NCBI RefSeq assembly: GCF_001194135.2
Contig: NC_068995.1
Coordinates: 6,844,175-6,901,153, forward strand
Length of the DNA: 56,979 nucleotides
Source of the DNA: Octopus bimaculoides
Lineage: Eukaryota
Reading direction: 5' to 3'
The notes beneath the pieces were generated by a model. That model ran no database searches. It was not told the DNA's origin and saw only the letters and a program-made list of their open reading frames with translations. Shown here piece after piece: positions 13,662 to 25,841 of the stretch. A program made the position numbers and the translations under genes. Position 1 is the first letter of the stretch. Every line of letters starts with the position of its first letter.

Positions 13662-14290
13662 GTAAGTCTGCTCTTGATGTTGTTATTGTTTAACCCTGGG
13701 TCAGCTGTGACCATCTCGTCTTTTAACATCTATCAGTGTTGTTTAATCATTGATCAGCTGTGATCACACCATCTTTCAGCATCATCCTCTGTGTCTTTTA
13801 AAGTTTGCATTGTGTGATTTGAGGAAGATTGAGCTGCTATTTCTAGCAATACATAGAGGCTTCCCTTGTTAACTTGTTTTTGTTGTTACTTGAGCTGGTG
13901 GTAATGGTGTTGATGGAGACACTGATATTATTATTTAATCCCTGGTCAGCCCTGTTAAATCCCTGGTAAGCCTATGTCATGCTCCTCACAGAACGTATAG
14001 ATTAAAAGGGTTACACAGCACCTGTGTAATCCTTTCTCCATCTGTTTGCGTTCAACTTTACTGTTAGTGGAGGCATGTATCTTAGTGGTTAGGGGTGTTG
14101 GACTCATGATCGTAAGGTTGTAGTTTCAATTCATGAGCTGGGCGATGCGTTGTGTTCTTGAGCAAAACACTTCATTTCACGTTGTTCCAGTCCACTCAGC
14201 TGTCAAAAATGAGTAACGCTGCGACAGACTGGCGTCCCATCAAGGTGGGAAGTATTTACTCCATGGAAGCTGGGGAAACCAGTCCTTATT

Positions 14291-14408
14291 ACATTATTTA
14301 CATTTGACGGATATTTGTCCTCATCTTGTTTGTTGTTAACACGTTTCGGTTGATATACCCTCCAGCCTTCATCAGGTGTCTTGGGGAAATTTCGAACCTG
14401 GGTTCTCA
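14291..14408 (-). mobile_element. Truncated copy of the hammerhead-containing repeat
   Basis: Reverse complement reads GACACCTGATGAAGGCTGGAGGGTATATCAACCGAAACGTGTTAAC...CCGTCAAATGTAAATAATGT. Confidence 0.7.
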
Positions 14409-14936
14409 GGTTGAGCACTGGGGGTCGTTGTAATTGACTATCCCCCTCCCCCGAATTTCAGGCATTGTGCCTATAGTAGAAAGGATTATTGTATAAATGT
14501 GATCTAAAAGATTTGGCTGCTATATCTAGCAGATAAGTAGGTACTGTCTCAAGTCCTAGGACTCCTGAAGCTTGTTACCTGGCTTCCATAATGCATAAGG
14601 GACCCCATGGTGACAACATTCTTCCCTGAATGGGTCACCAGTCTGTTGCAGAGTTACTCCTTTACGGCTGAATGGACTGGGGCTACGTGAAATTAAATGT
14701 TTTGCTCAAGAACAGAATCCACTACATGATCCAGGAATCGAAACCACGGTCCTGTGATCATGAGCGTAACACCCTAACCACAAGGCCACGCAATATCTAG
14801 CAGGTGAAGCCCCTTAATTATGTATGAAATGGTAGTCAATGATTGGTTTGTAAGATGTTCCTTCAGCTATATAACAGCTAACGAGTCTATTAGTTAGGAA
14901 TGCATCTACTAAACTATTGTTTTTTTGTTTTTTTAG

Positions 14937-15173
14937 TCAATAGTTGGGCGTGTAAAAGAGAATCTTGAAAGATCGCATCAGGTCCAGACTTACTTGAAAA
15001 TGTTTGAGGCACGAGACCGAAACATCCAGGAATCCAATTTTGAACGTGTCAACTGGTGGTCCGGCTTCCAGTTGTTCCTCATGATGTCTGTGGCGTTGAC
15101 ACAAGTGTTCATGATTCGCAGCCTTTTTGACGACCACAGCCGGCTACACAAAGTTTTCCAGCCACGAACCTGA
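14937..15173 (+). CDS. TMED5: TMED5/TMED1-like, exon 4 (coiled coil, TM helix, cytosolic tail, stop)
   Basis: TTTTTTTAG acceptor; ...FEARDRNIQESNFERVNWWSGFQLFLMMSVALTQVFMIRSLFDDHSRLHKVFQPRT*. EARDRNIQESNF is the p24-gamma signature. Four exons total 729 nt, 242 aa. Confidence 0.95.
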   Translation, partial: SIVGRVKENLERSHQVQTYLKMFEARDRNIQESNFERVNWWSGFQLFLMMSVALTQVFMIRSLFDDHSRLHKVFQPRT

Positions 15174-15549
15174 ATAGCAATACTAGAGCAACGAATGAAG
15201 AGAACCTAGAAAAGGAGAAGAGATGAAACAAGAAAGACATCATACTACACACACATGCGCGTTTCTATATATATATACATACATACATACATACATACAT
15301 ATATGTATATATATATATATATGATTATGAATATATATTTTTTCTGAGAAATCCAGTGAGATAAATGTAAAGTGTTTCTGTGTGGAGGAAATGTTTGTTT
15401 GACGAATTCAGTCTGGACAAAAACAGATTGTACATTTGGTACATTTGTCTCATTTAATTTTAAAAACAAGAAATTTTTTGAATCCACTTGACGGCGTTGA
15501 GTTCTGTAATTTGGCTTGAAGTTATACTTGTTTCAACGAGCAAGCAAAC

Positions 15550-15735
15550 TGTAATAATAAAATGATGTATGCATGTATATGTGTGTGTGTGTGTATACAT
15601 ATACATACACATACACATGTATGCATACATATATATATGTAAATATATTTGTATATATATATAAATATATTTGTATATATATATATATAAATATATTTGT
15701 ATATATATATATGTGTATATATATGTAAATATATT

Positions 15736-15774
<39 letters not shown>

Positions 15775-15955
15775 TATTTACATATGTGATTTTATATATC
15801 TACATATATTTATTTACATATGTGATTATATATATAAATATATATATACATATGTGATATATATATACACACACATATATACACACATTTGTATATACAT
15901 GATATATATATAAAATCACATATGCATATAAATATGCATATGTATATTTGATTAT
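15550..15955. repeat. Compound (TA/CA) microsatellite downstream of the TMED stop codon
   Basis: Direct inspection; source of several spurious YI-rich ORFs. Confidence 0.9.
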
Positions 15956-16342
15956 GTACTATTATTATTGTTCAAATTTTTTAATTTTTGAGAGACACAA
16001 AAAACAGAAAGAATTCTAATTTATACAAAAGTCTAATAATGTAGGAAGAGCTTCATATTTTTTATTTCTATTTTTTGACTTGATTCTTCCTCTTAACCAA
16101 CCACAAGCATTTCTTCATTAAAAGCAGTATTATACAACATTTTTTCTTCCAGAAACAGTATTATAACCTTATTATGCAATACCAAATCCATAGGTTCTAA
16201 TACAGTACACCTCACCCCACCCACTTCGTGCTTTATTTATTTTTTTTTTATTTTCTGTTTTTGTTTTGTTTTCTAAGGAACCCATTTCGTGTGGATGCAC
16301 GAGGTGGTGCTGGCCGGAGTCTTTATAAGTGAAAGCAGTTCA

Positions 16343-16535
16343 CCCTTTGACATTTAAAATGGGCAGACCAAGCCCCCAAATATTCTACCTGTATTATATT
16401 TAAACCAGCTAGATCTGTGCTCTTGCACCTACCCTACAATGTAATTCTAAAGATAAGCAATCACATCATTGAAATATGAAAACAAACAGAAAATCCATGG
16501 TTAATTCTAAACAGAGTTATTTGAATGCTAAAGGG
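16343..16535. mobile_element. piggyBac-like MITE downstream of the TMED stop codon
   Basis: TTCA|CCCTTTGACATT...ATGCTAAAGGG|TTAA; shares internal CACCTACCCTACAATGT with 33884-34104. Confidence 0.65.
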
Positions 16536-19500
16536 TTAAGGTGTGTATGTATGTATTTATATATATATGGATGTGTATATCTATATACACATACAGACAC
16601 ACTACTATAATATAAACCGTATTAAACATGATGAACAGTAAACTCACTGGTGGGACTTGAACCTGTCTCAACTAATTACACCACTATACCATACTGAGTT
16701 TGGTTTTCCTCCCATACTTTCTCCTGAAAGCAATAAATACTCGTGTTCCAACACCATCAGTGCATTAGCTGAGCCCTTCTAATTGCAAATCAATGCTAAC
16801 GAAGGAAGATGTCTTGGGGGTGGATGCAGGCATGACTGTAATTAAGAAGTTTGCTTCCCAACCACATGGTTTCAAATTCGTGGTACCCCGAGCCAGTGTC
16901 TTCTATGATAGCCCCAGGACAGCCAAGCCCTTATGTATGAATTTGGTGGAGAGGACCTGAAAGAAACTCCTTGTGTGTGTGTACATTTGGCATCTCTGTA
17001 AGTCTCCAGCTACAAGTGGTGGTGTTATCATTACTTCCGCCAACAATTCACATATTTGCTTCTTGCTTTCAGAGAGGTTTGAAATAAGAGAATGCTTACT
17101 TGAAGAACTAGTAAAGATTACCACCAGGAAGGGTATGTGGCTGTAAAACAATGCTTTAATAAAACATTCATCTAACCCATGCTAGTAGGGAAAAATGGAC
17201 GTAAGAAAAAAAAAAAAAAACGCTAAATACACACACATACACAAACTGTTTTCTTGTCTCAAAAATAAGTGTATCACATTCAACAAGGCATTTTAACTGT
17301 CCTGTGGCACCTTTACTCACTTTGCAAAAAGAAACTGTTTCACAGTAGCTATGCATAATATTCAAATACTATTTTATAAATTTGATAATATATTCATAGA
17401 CAGGATGTGAGACAATAAAGAGAAATATTTTCTGACAAGGAAGATGGAGTAATTTTCCAAAGAGAACTATAGTAACTGTTTCAGACATATTGCTTGCATT
17501 TATGAAATCTAAAGTTGATTCTTCACTGGTTAAGATGGAGCCATTTGTATGAGGTACAAAAGAATGAGTTCTGTTCTTTAAATTGGAAACAAACCTGAAT
17601 CTCAAGAAACAAAAATTTTTTTTTTCTTTTATGGCTAAATGCCAGACAAGGATTAATAAAAAAAAAATAATAATAATAAAAGGAACCCACAGAGGCAAAA
17701 CTGTCGTTTACTGTTACTATTATATCTTTATTACAATAATTAATTAATGTAGTTAATCTATGGAAGCCCAGGAGTGTAAAACAAAAACAAATATGTTGAT
17801 GAGATGTTGTCCCTTTGGTACAAACAAGGTTGCGATTAAAGAGTTTGAATCAACATAATGTCGACTGCTGATATTTTATTTCATCAAAAAGAAAGTACGG
17901 AACATGAAGGGACATAACTTGGGGTTACTACTCTAAAATAAAATATTTTACTGGTTTCATACACTGGACTGCGGTCAAGCTGGGGCTCCAATTCAAGCGG
18001 ATGGTCAGTTACCTTCTTTGTATACACACGTATATATGTATTTAATGTATACACATGTGTGTATTTATTATTAATGTCCACTGTCCCATACTTGCATGGG
18101 TTGGACAGAATTTGCTGAAGCTGACTTTTCTATGTCCAGATACCATTTCTGTTGCCAATCTTTACTTGCTTCTAAGCAAAGTAATATTTTTTCCATAATT
18201 AAGCACGTCTATGACAGTGATGTTCATTTACAATGTTACACACAAGCAACCGTACACACACACATATATTCAGTTTCCCTGTACAAAACTCTACTCAAGG
18301 CTTTGAAGAATTCAGGGCTATAATAGTAGATACATGCCCAAGAGGTGCTACACAGTGGGACTGAACCCAGAACCATGTGGCTGAAAATCAAGCTTTTTAT
18401 ATATGTACACTCATACACACCTGTATACGGCTAATTTTGAAATAGTAAAGTTGCCCTTGACAAATAATAATGATAATATTTTCTCATAATGGCATTAGGC
18501 TGAAAGCCTAAAAAGTATAACTAATAATCATGCAGAAGAATATAATTATCTTAAAAGCATTTTCCATATGACATACGTAACAAGTGTGTGTAGTTGAAAA
18601 ACCAGAGACTGTGGCTTTCATCCAGGAAAAATCCTTTTATAGATGTGTTAAAGAAATGCAATATACTTCAGAGCTACGTGATTTCATTTTTACAGGGCTC
18701 ACACATTAGATGTCTCTTAATAGTTATTTCTACTCTAAGCACAAGGCCTTGAAAATTTGGGGGAAAGAGAGGGGGTGCCAGTCAATTACATCGACCCCAG
18801 TGCGTAACTGGTACTTGTTTCACTGACCTCGAAAGGATGAAAGGTGAAGTTGACCTCGGCAGAATTTGAACTCAGAACGTATATGACTTAATAATGATAA
18901 TGCTTTCTACTGTAAGCACATGACCTGGTACTTGTTTCATTGACCCCGAAAAGATGAAAGGCAGAGTTAGCATTGGTGGAACTTGAACTCAGAACATACA
19001 GGAGCATTTTGTCCAGTATTTCATCGATTCTGCCAGCGTGCTGCCTTAATAATGATAATAATAATAATAATAATAATGGTTTCTGATTTAGGCATGAAAC
19101 TAACAATTCTGAGAGGAAGTAGTTGATACCATGAATTCCAGTATTTGCCATTTATTTTATTGACCCAAAAGGATGAAGGAAAGTTGATTTTGGCAGGATT
19201 TGAAACCAGAAAGTAAAGAGCTCAAATAAATATCACAATTCTTTGCCATCCTTAATAACAATTGAGGCACATGGCCAACCATTTGGCAGGAAATTGGTCA
19301 ATATTATCCAGCTCAGTACCTGTTATATACTTCATATTTCATTGGCTTATGACAGTGAAGGTGCATGGCTCAGTGGTTAGAGCATCAAATTTACGACTTA
19401 TGTTGTGTTCTTGAGCAAGACACTTTATTTCACTCAGCTGTAGAAATGAGTTGCGATGTCACTGGTGCCGAGTTGTATTGGCTCTTTGCCTTTCGGTGGC

Positions 19501-19682
19501 ATGGAGAGGGGAGGCTGGCATGCATGGGCGACTGCTGGCCTTCCATAAACAACATTGCCCAGACTTGTGCCCCAGAGGGTAACTTTCTAGGTGCATTTCA
19601 GGCACTGGGGTCGATCTAATCGATTGGTCCCCTCCCCCAAAATTTCAGGCATTGTGCCTATTGTAGAAAGGATTATTATTAT

Positions 19683-19870
19683 TAAGACGGCGATCTGACA
19701 GAATCGTTAGCACGCCGGGTGAAATGCTTAGCGATAGTTCATCTGTCTTTACATTCTGAGTTCAAATACCTCCACAGTTGACTTTGCCTTCCATGCTTTT
19801 GGGGTCAATCTAATCGACTGCCCCCCCCCCCAATTTCAGGCCTTGTGCCTATAGTAGAAAGGAATATTAT
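19683..19870 (+). mobile_element. SINE family B with (TTA)n tail; other copies at about 2563-2780(+), 11755-11965(-), 12881-13090(+), 18720-19050(-, two), 21640-21770(+), 41785-42000(-), 42540-43090(-, three), 45010-45170(-), 47950-48080(-), 54820-54990(-)
   Basis: GGCAGAATCGTTAGCACGCCGG...TTCTGAGTTCAAAT...GACTTTGCCTTTCATCC...AATTTCAGGCCTTGTGCCTATAGTAGAAAGGATTATTA. Confidence 0.8.
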
Positions 19871-20193
19871 TATTATTATTATTATTATTAGCCCTGTTAC
19901 ATGATCAAGAACTGTTNNNNNNNNNNGAGAAATAGAAACCATTTATTACTGACCAGGGTCAAGATTTAACCAAACCTGAGGTCACAAAGAATTTTAGAGA
20001 AAAGAGTGGGGCAGTAAAGTTTCTTTTCACCAGATTGTAAACAAAACAGGTTTTAAAAATTTAATTTGCAATAAACATGATTATTGGTGAAACACCGAAA
20101 AAAGAAAGCACTGTAATGGATAACACAGCTGATGACAATTATAATTGTGTGTATATATATTTATATATATATACATACATGTGTAAATATGTG

Positions 20194-20224
<31 letters not shown>

Positions 20225-20291
20225 AGATATATATATATACATGTATATAGTCAATTCTTATTACTGTGTGATTCAATTTCATGAAGCCTAA

Positions 20292-20323
<32 letters not shown>

Positions 20324-20491
20324 TATTAATTTCTTGTATATTTTTTTTCTTTTTCTGCTGAAATATTTTCATGAACCAAAACAGTTTGTCCTTTGTTTTT
20401 TTTCCCCCTGTTTCATTGAGTTACACACTGACATATTTCAATAAAACTTCAAGCTATTTCCTACAAATTGTGTTTTACAGTTCTGTATTAG

Positions 20492-20764
20492 AGAGATGAG
20501 GAATTATGTACATTATTTACATTTGACGCCATATGGCATAGTGGTTAAGAGCACAGGCTACTAACCCCAAGATTCCAAGTTCAATTCCAGGCAGTGACCT
20601 GAATAATAATAATAATAATAACATTGAAAAATACCTTAGGAATGAGAACCCAGGTTCGAAATTTCCCCAAGACACCTGATGAAGTCTGGAGGGTATATCA
20701 GCCGAAAAGTTGTGTTAACTAAAAAAGAGATGAGGACAAATATCCATCAAATGTAAATAATGTA
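20492..20764 (+). mobile_element. Non-autonomous retroelement: tRNA-like head, (AAT)n, hammerhead ribozyme, with Penelope-like inverted terminal segment
   Basis: A-box-like GGCATAGTGGTTAAG at 20535, B-box-like GTTCAATTCC at 20579-20588, HHR at 20671-20716. ACATTATTTACATTTGA at the 5' flank is inverted as TCAAATGTAAATAATGT at the 3' end. Confidence 0.6.
20671..20716 (+). ncRNA. Minimal Penelope-type (type I) hammerhead ribozyme motif, slightly mutated copy
   Basis: GACAC-CTGATGA-A-GTCTG(gagggtatat)CAGCC-GAA-AAGT-T-GTGTT: stem I GACAC/GTGTT, core CTGATGA and GAAA, stem II. Copies at 14336-14380 (-) and about 11265-11302 support a consensus with GGCTG/CAGCC and a palindromic ACGT stem III. Confidence 0.6.
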
Positions 20765-22428
20765 AATTGAGTTTTGACTTTTGTTAAGTTAATTCTTTAC
20801 CCAGTTTCAGTGCTTGAACCATGACCATGCTGGAGTAACATCTCCAAAAGTATAGTTGATTACTTTGATTTATTTTACAGCTCTACCTTTTTTTATCAAC
20901 TTTGAAAATTAAAATGGTAAGTGGATCTGGTCAGGATTTTAAAATCATAACTTCAATCATCATTATCATCACCATCGTTTAACGTTTGTTGTCCCTGCTG
21001 GCATGGGCTGGTTGGCTGGTTAGTGTGACCAGAGCTGGCAAGCCAGGAGGCTGCACCAGACATCAGTCTGATTCAGCATGGTTTCTACAGCTGGATGCCC
21101 TTCCTGGCACCAACCACTTAAAAAAAATACAGAGTATGCTGGATGCTTTTTACACGGTACTGCATGGCCACTTTTACATAACACCACACTGGCACTTTTA
21201 CGCGGCACTGCACAGGCATCCTGGAACCATATGGTTGGGAGGCAAACTTCTAACCACACAGTGCCAACTACACCTATAAGGAAGAACTTGGTAAAATAAC
21301 TTTGTCAATTATTAAGCTGGCTTTTGCTCCCAACTGATATGAAATTTTCATGGGAGCTTTTAATTCAGATCAGTTTAGAACAGGAAGTTTGTGTCACGGA
21401 ACCAGTGACAATGGTCTCAGATGAGTTGGTAGCATAAGGAAGTTAAATACAATTAGTACAGATCAGGTTTCATTTCATTTTATGCTAATTATTTATGATC
21501 ATCAAATAGGGAGAGAGCATTATACAAATCTCATTTATGTCCTCCTCCAAATCTGTGGCTTTCTACACTAGCCCACCACTCATTATTCATAACCTAATCA
21601 AAAAAGAAATAAAATTAAAAAGCTACTGACCTCATTCTGCAAGTTGGCAGAATTATTAGCATGCTGGGCAAAATGAAGAGTGGCATTTCGTATCTGTATG
21701 TTCTGAGTTCAAATTCCACCAAGGTCAACTTTGCCTTTCAGCCTTTCAGGGGTCGATAAAATAAGTACCATTTTAAGGAGTGAGCACTTATTAAAATCAT
21801 ACAATTACTAATTAATTAATGCCCAAAATCCAAAAGAAGAGTTGGAATTAAGAAAATACATTTTACAGACTTAATAAAGTCATATTAAATAATATGAATG
21901 TAAATACAAAATGATAATGATAATGATAATTATAATGGTGTGAGTAAGTGGTTATGATAATATTTGTGTTTTTTCTTTGGCTTTTTTTGTTGCTTTTGTT
22001 TTTGGATTTACTTACTTATAAGAAGAAGAGTAGTACTCTTGAGCTCTGAGACTATTAGAAAGAAGCCATTCTCAAAGGCTGGCAACTGAGCAGATTCCAT
22101 GGAGAGTAGTGAAAGAAGAGGTAATGGTGTTTAATCAAGAGACTAGACACTACCACACCAAAAACACAGAAATGATCTCTGATGATCAGCAAAAAAATTT
22201 CTGTCTATCAAATTTCAATCACGAGACTTTGGTTGACCAGGGGTTAAAGTAGAAGACAACAGCTGAAGGTGTTGCACAGTTCTGTTGAAGCTGAAAACAT
22301 GGCTGTGAAGTGGAACTTTACACCATACAGTCGTTTTATGCATTCATTGAATTTGTTCCAGGCCTTGTCACAGGGACTATATTGTGGGTAGTATAAGGGT
22401 GGAGATGCTGGTGGTGCCTAAATAAATA

Positions 22429-25400
22429 TTATTTCTTGAAGTTCCTTATTCGTTGTGCATTGAAATGTTTTCCCAGCCTCATTACAAGAGGAAGTGGTGA
22501 TGCAGGGTTCAATTTTGATTCTAGTTTGGAGTCATCTGTATCACAACTGTCTTTGAGATCAACATCTGTGTTCATCTTAACACTGCTCTTGTAATTATCG
22601 AATGTGTCATCAGAGTTATCTGAAGAATTAAGAGATAGATTTAGATAATCCCAACAGCATTTTACTGGCTTATTCTGATTAATTGATCTCAGAGTTATCG
22701 TTTTGGTGACATCAAATGGGGAGAAAGAATCATCAAAACCAGAAAGGTAACTCATCTCTTCATACGTTGAAGAACCTCCCTGCAGAAATGAAGTTTGGTT
22801 TGGACTGCTATGAATATTTTCACAAGACAATGAACTTATATTTCCTTCATGCAGAGACTTGAGTTTAGTGTTTTCATTCTCTAAACCTGCAGACTCTTTT
22901 GAAGATTTAAAAACCAATTTATTATTAAATCCAGTTCTTAAATTTTCTTGAAGAACAGAAGCAAAAGAATTTGGTACTGCACCAGACATTTCATTTGAAC
23001 CAACTGTTGTATTGTAAGAAAAACTGGCATCATTATTTAGAGATTTCAGAGGACTTAATGTCTTCTCTACAGAACTGATGTAAGGAGACAAAATAAAACG
23101 TGAATTCTTAGGCAAATTGGTCAGAGAGTTCTTCCGACAAGAATATTTAATTTCCATCTGGTGTTTATAACCAGAATTAGTTGTCGAGTTGAATATATGA
23201 GTCTTCATGTTTTCAGAAATTTTAGGAGAATCAGAATCCAACTTGGATTCAGAAGAATTGTCTAAAAGAGAAGAGATGAGTTCAAAATTCCCCACCCTGC
23301 TTTCACTGAAAGAATTCAGAGACTCGGGTGTTAAGTTATAAACAGCATCCATAATTGAAGAATTATCTTCAAACGATGAGTATGGAATTGCGTCTTCTTC
23401 GGGATCCTTGTTAAAGACAGGTAATTCTTGCATTACTAAATCACCTCCTGGCGTCTTTGATCCATGAAACTCTACTACTGTGTTCTTTGAAACTGTGATG
23501 TCTGACTGACTTTCAGACAAATTCTCAAGATGCTGAGAAGCAGTTTCTGTTTTGGTTGGATTTAAACAATGATTTGATATCAGGGAACTATTTTTGAGAA
23601 CCTGATCAGGACTTGAAGAATTTACAAAATCGATTATATTATTATTATCATTATTATTTTTATTATTATCATTATTACTATTATCATCATCATCTTCAAT
23701 AACAATTGGTTCTGAGTCTTTAGAATTCAAGTTGCTGCCTAATTTGCCCACTACAGATTCTGAAGACCTTCGCAGGAATTTTGGTTTTTCTACGACAGAT
23801 TTTTTGTTGTCCATAAACAGCATAGAACTGTCTTCGGGGATCTGAAAATGGTTATTTATGTCAGAAATAGTATTACAAACTGAAGTGGAATTACAAAAAA
23901 GAAGGGCTGCATTGTCTTCTCCGTTTATAGAATAGTTTGAAATTGTGATGCTACAGTTTCCATGTTGAAGAGATTCATTTAAAGACGTCTTCAAATTGGG
24001 TGAAAAGGAACGGCAAGGATCATCCTGTACATCATGGAAGGAAAAGTCTCCAGTAGAATAAAATTTTGTGACTTTGGTCAACAATCTGCTTCCATCTTTT
24101 ATTGGTGGGTATAGTGATTGATTTTCAGCTAAAGGTTGAGTGGCATCTGTCTGTGATGGAACTTCAAGAGTATTAGTGCAAAGTTGGGTAGCATCAGTAA
24201 CAATACCTGTACATGGCAGTGTGGCATCTGTACAGAATGACCGCTCAACAGGGTCAGTACACAGCTGCGTAGCATCTGTGCTGAATGACCTTTCAACAGT
24301 GTCCATACACAGCTGTGTAGCATCTGTACTGAATGACCTCTCAACAGTGTCCGTACACAGCTGCGTAGCATCTGTACTGAATGACCTCNNNNNNNNNNCT
24401 CTCAACAGTGTCCGTACACAGCTGCGTAGCATCTGTACTGAATGACCTCTCAACAGTGTCCGTACACAGCTGCGTAGCATCTGTACTGAATGACCTCTCA
24501 ACAGTGCCCGTACACAGCTGTGTAGCATCTGTACTGAATGACCTCTTGATAATGTCTGTACACACTTGTGTAGTATCTGTAGACTTCTTGATAGTATCCC
24601 TACACAGTTGTGTAGCATCTGTACCAAATGACCTCTTCGTAGTGTCCTTACACACTTGTGTAGCATCTGTACTGAATGACCTTTCAACAGTATCCGTACA
24701 CAGCTGCTTGGCATCTGTACCAAATGACCTCTCGACAGTGTCCTTACTCTGTTGAAGTGTGGCCATTGATACCATTCCAGAATGGTTTGATGACAAGACT
24801 TCTACTTCATTTACATTCAACAGGAAGAATTGTTCAGTTATTTCAGCCGTTTTGGATAATTGAGAATTGTCAAAGTGTTCAGCAGAATTATCTTGAAATT
24901 TTTGAGAAAACTCTGTTGATTTATTCAGTTCTTCCATTCTTTCACAATGGTTTATTTTGATGCTGTCATCACATGGAATCTGAGAGGAATTTAATGGGAG
25001 GCATTGATTAGACTGAAAATTATCTTCGTTTTGAGACTCACCAGAAATTTGGTAACGGCTAAGCAGTTTTTGAGAAACAGGAAGAAATAGGCTGTCATCA
25101 GAGTCTTCATCATTGGAAGAGTCTATCTCTGGACAAGAGGAATAAGACTTTCCTCTTAAATCAATTGACTCAGTAATACTGGCACCGTGACTGATGGTAT
25201 TGGTCTGTTGATCAGAACACATTGATACACTTGTACAGTTTCGGATTTGGTTTCTGCTTTTGGAGTATGTTTCAGAGTTAGGTTCTGATTTAATGGAATT
25301 GGTAAATGATGGTAATAATGATGTTCTAGACATTTCCTTCTTTGGTTTATGGTTTTGAATTTGTACACAAGAGTTCTTTATTCTTTCTTTAAGAGGTAAA

Positions 25401-25743
25401 TATTCATCATCAGAAGTGTCTGGCTCAGAAGACTCAGTATTGTTACAGTTTAAATTGGTCACCCTGGCACCAGAAGAAGGTTCCTCATTCTGAGAAACCG
25501 AAGATAAACAGTTTCTTATAGATTTTTCATTAAAAGTTGAAAGAACTTGCTCACATGCAAATGTCCCCGTGTGTTTCTCTCTTTTGACAGGTAATTCCTC
25601 ACTGGCCCCTTTCACAGCCTTCTGTGTAGCTGCTTTGTTTGGTTTCAGAGTAAGTCCTTCCATATTCAGCAACAAAACTTGTTGGGTCAGTGCTGAGTTT
25701 TCTTTTGCTCTGGTCTTCTTTGTCTTGCTGCTAATTCTGGAGG
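22429..25743 (-). CDS. GEN1: GEN1 terminal exon 11 (about 1,100 aa, Ser/Asn-rich, probably disordered; contains the 16-aa tandem repeat and a 10-N gap at 24389-24398)
   Basis: Acceptor TTTCTCATTTCAG at 25745-25744 is in phase with exon 10. Two long ORFs (25852-24341 and 24723-22429) join across the gap. Stop after ...RIRNFKK. Confidence 0.75.
24135..24746 (-). repeat. Coding 48-bp minisatellite, at least 13 units of TDTVERSFSTDATQLC
   Basis: Repeated CTCTCAACAGTGTCCGTACACAGCTGCGTAGCATCTGTACTGAATGAC on the + strand, interrupted by an assembly gap. Confidence 0.9.
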
Positions 25744-25786
25744 CTGAAATGAGAAATTGAAAAAGACCAGCTACATACACTTCATG

Positions 25787-25841
<55 letters not shown>

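Noticed and set aside
15245-15913. Several YI/YT-rich ORFs
   Set aside because: Translations of (TA/CA)n microsatellite; the same applies to ORFs at 50.2-50.7 and 53.0-53.35 kb
20535-20600. tRNA gene
   Set aside because: A/B boxes are present but the acceptor stem does not close; it is the head of a repeat
24389-24398. Apparent frameshift in GEN1 suggesting a pseudogene or programmed frameshift
   Set aside because: It falls exactly on a 10-N gap inside a 48-bp tandem repeat; all catalytic exons are intact
24135-24746. Regularly spaced repeats resembling a CRISPR array
   Set aside because: Contiguous tandem units with no unique spacers, in frame within a eukaryotic exon; no cas genes
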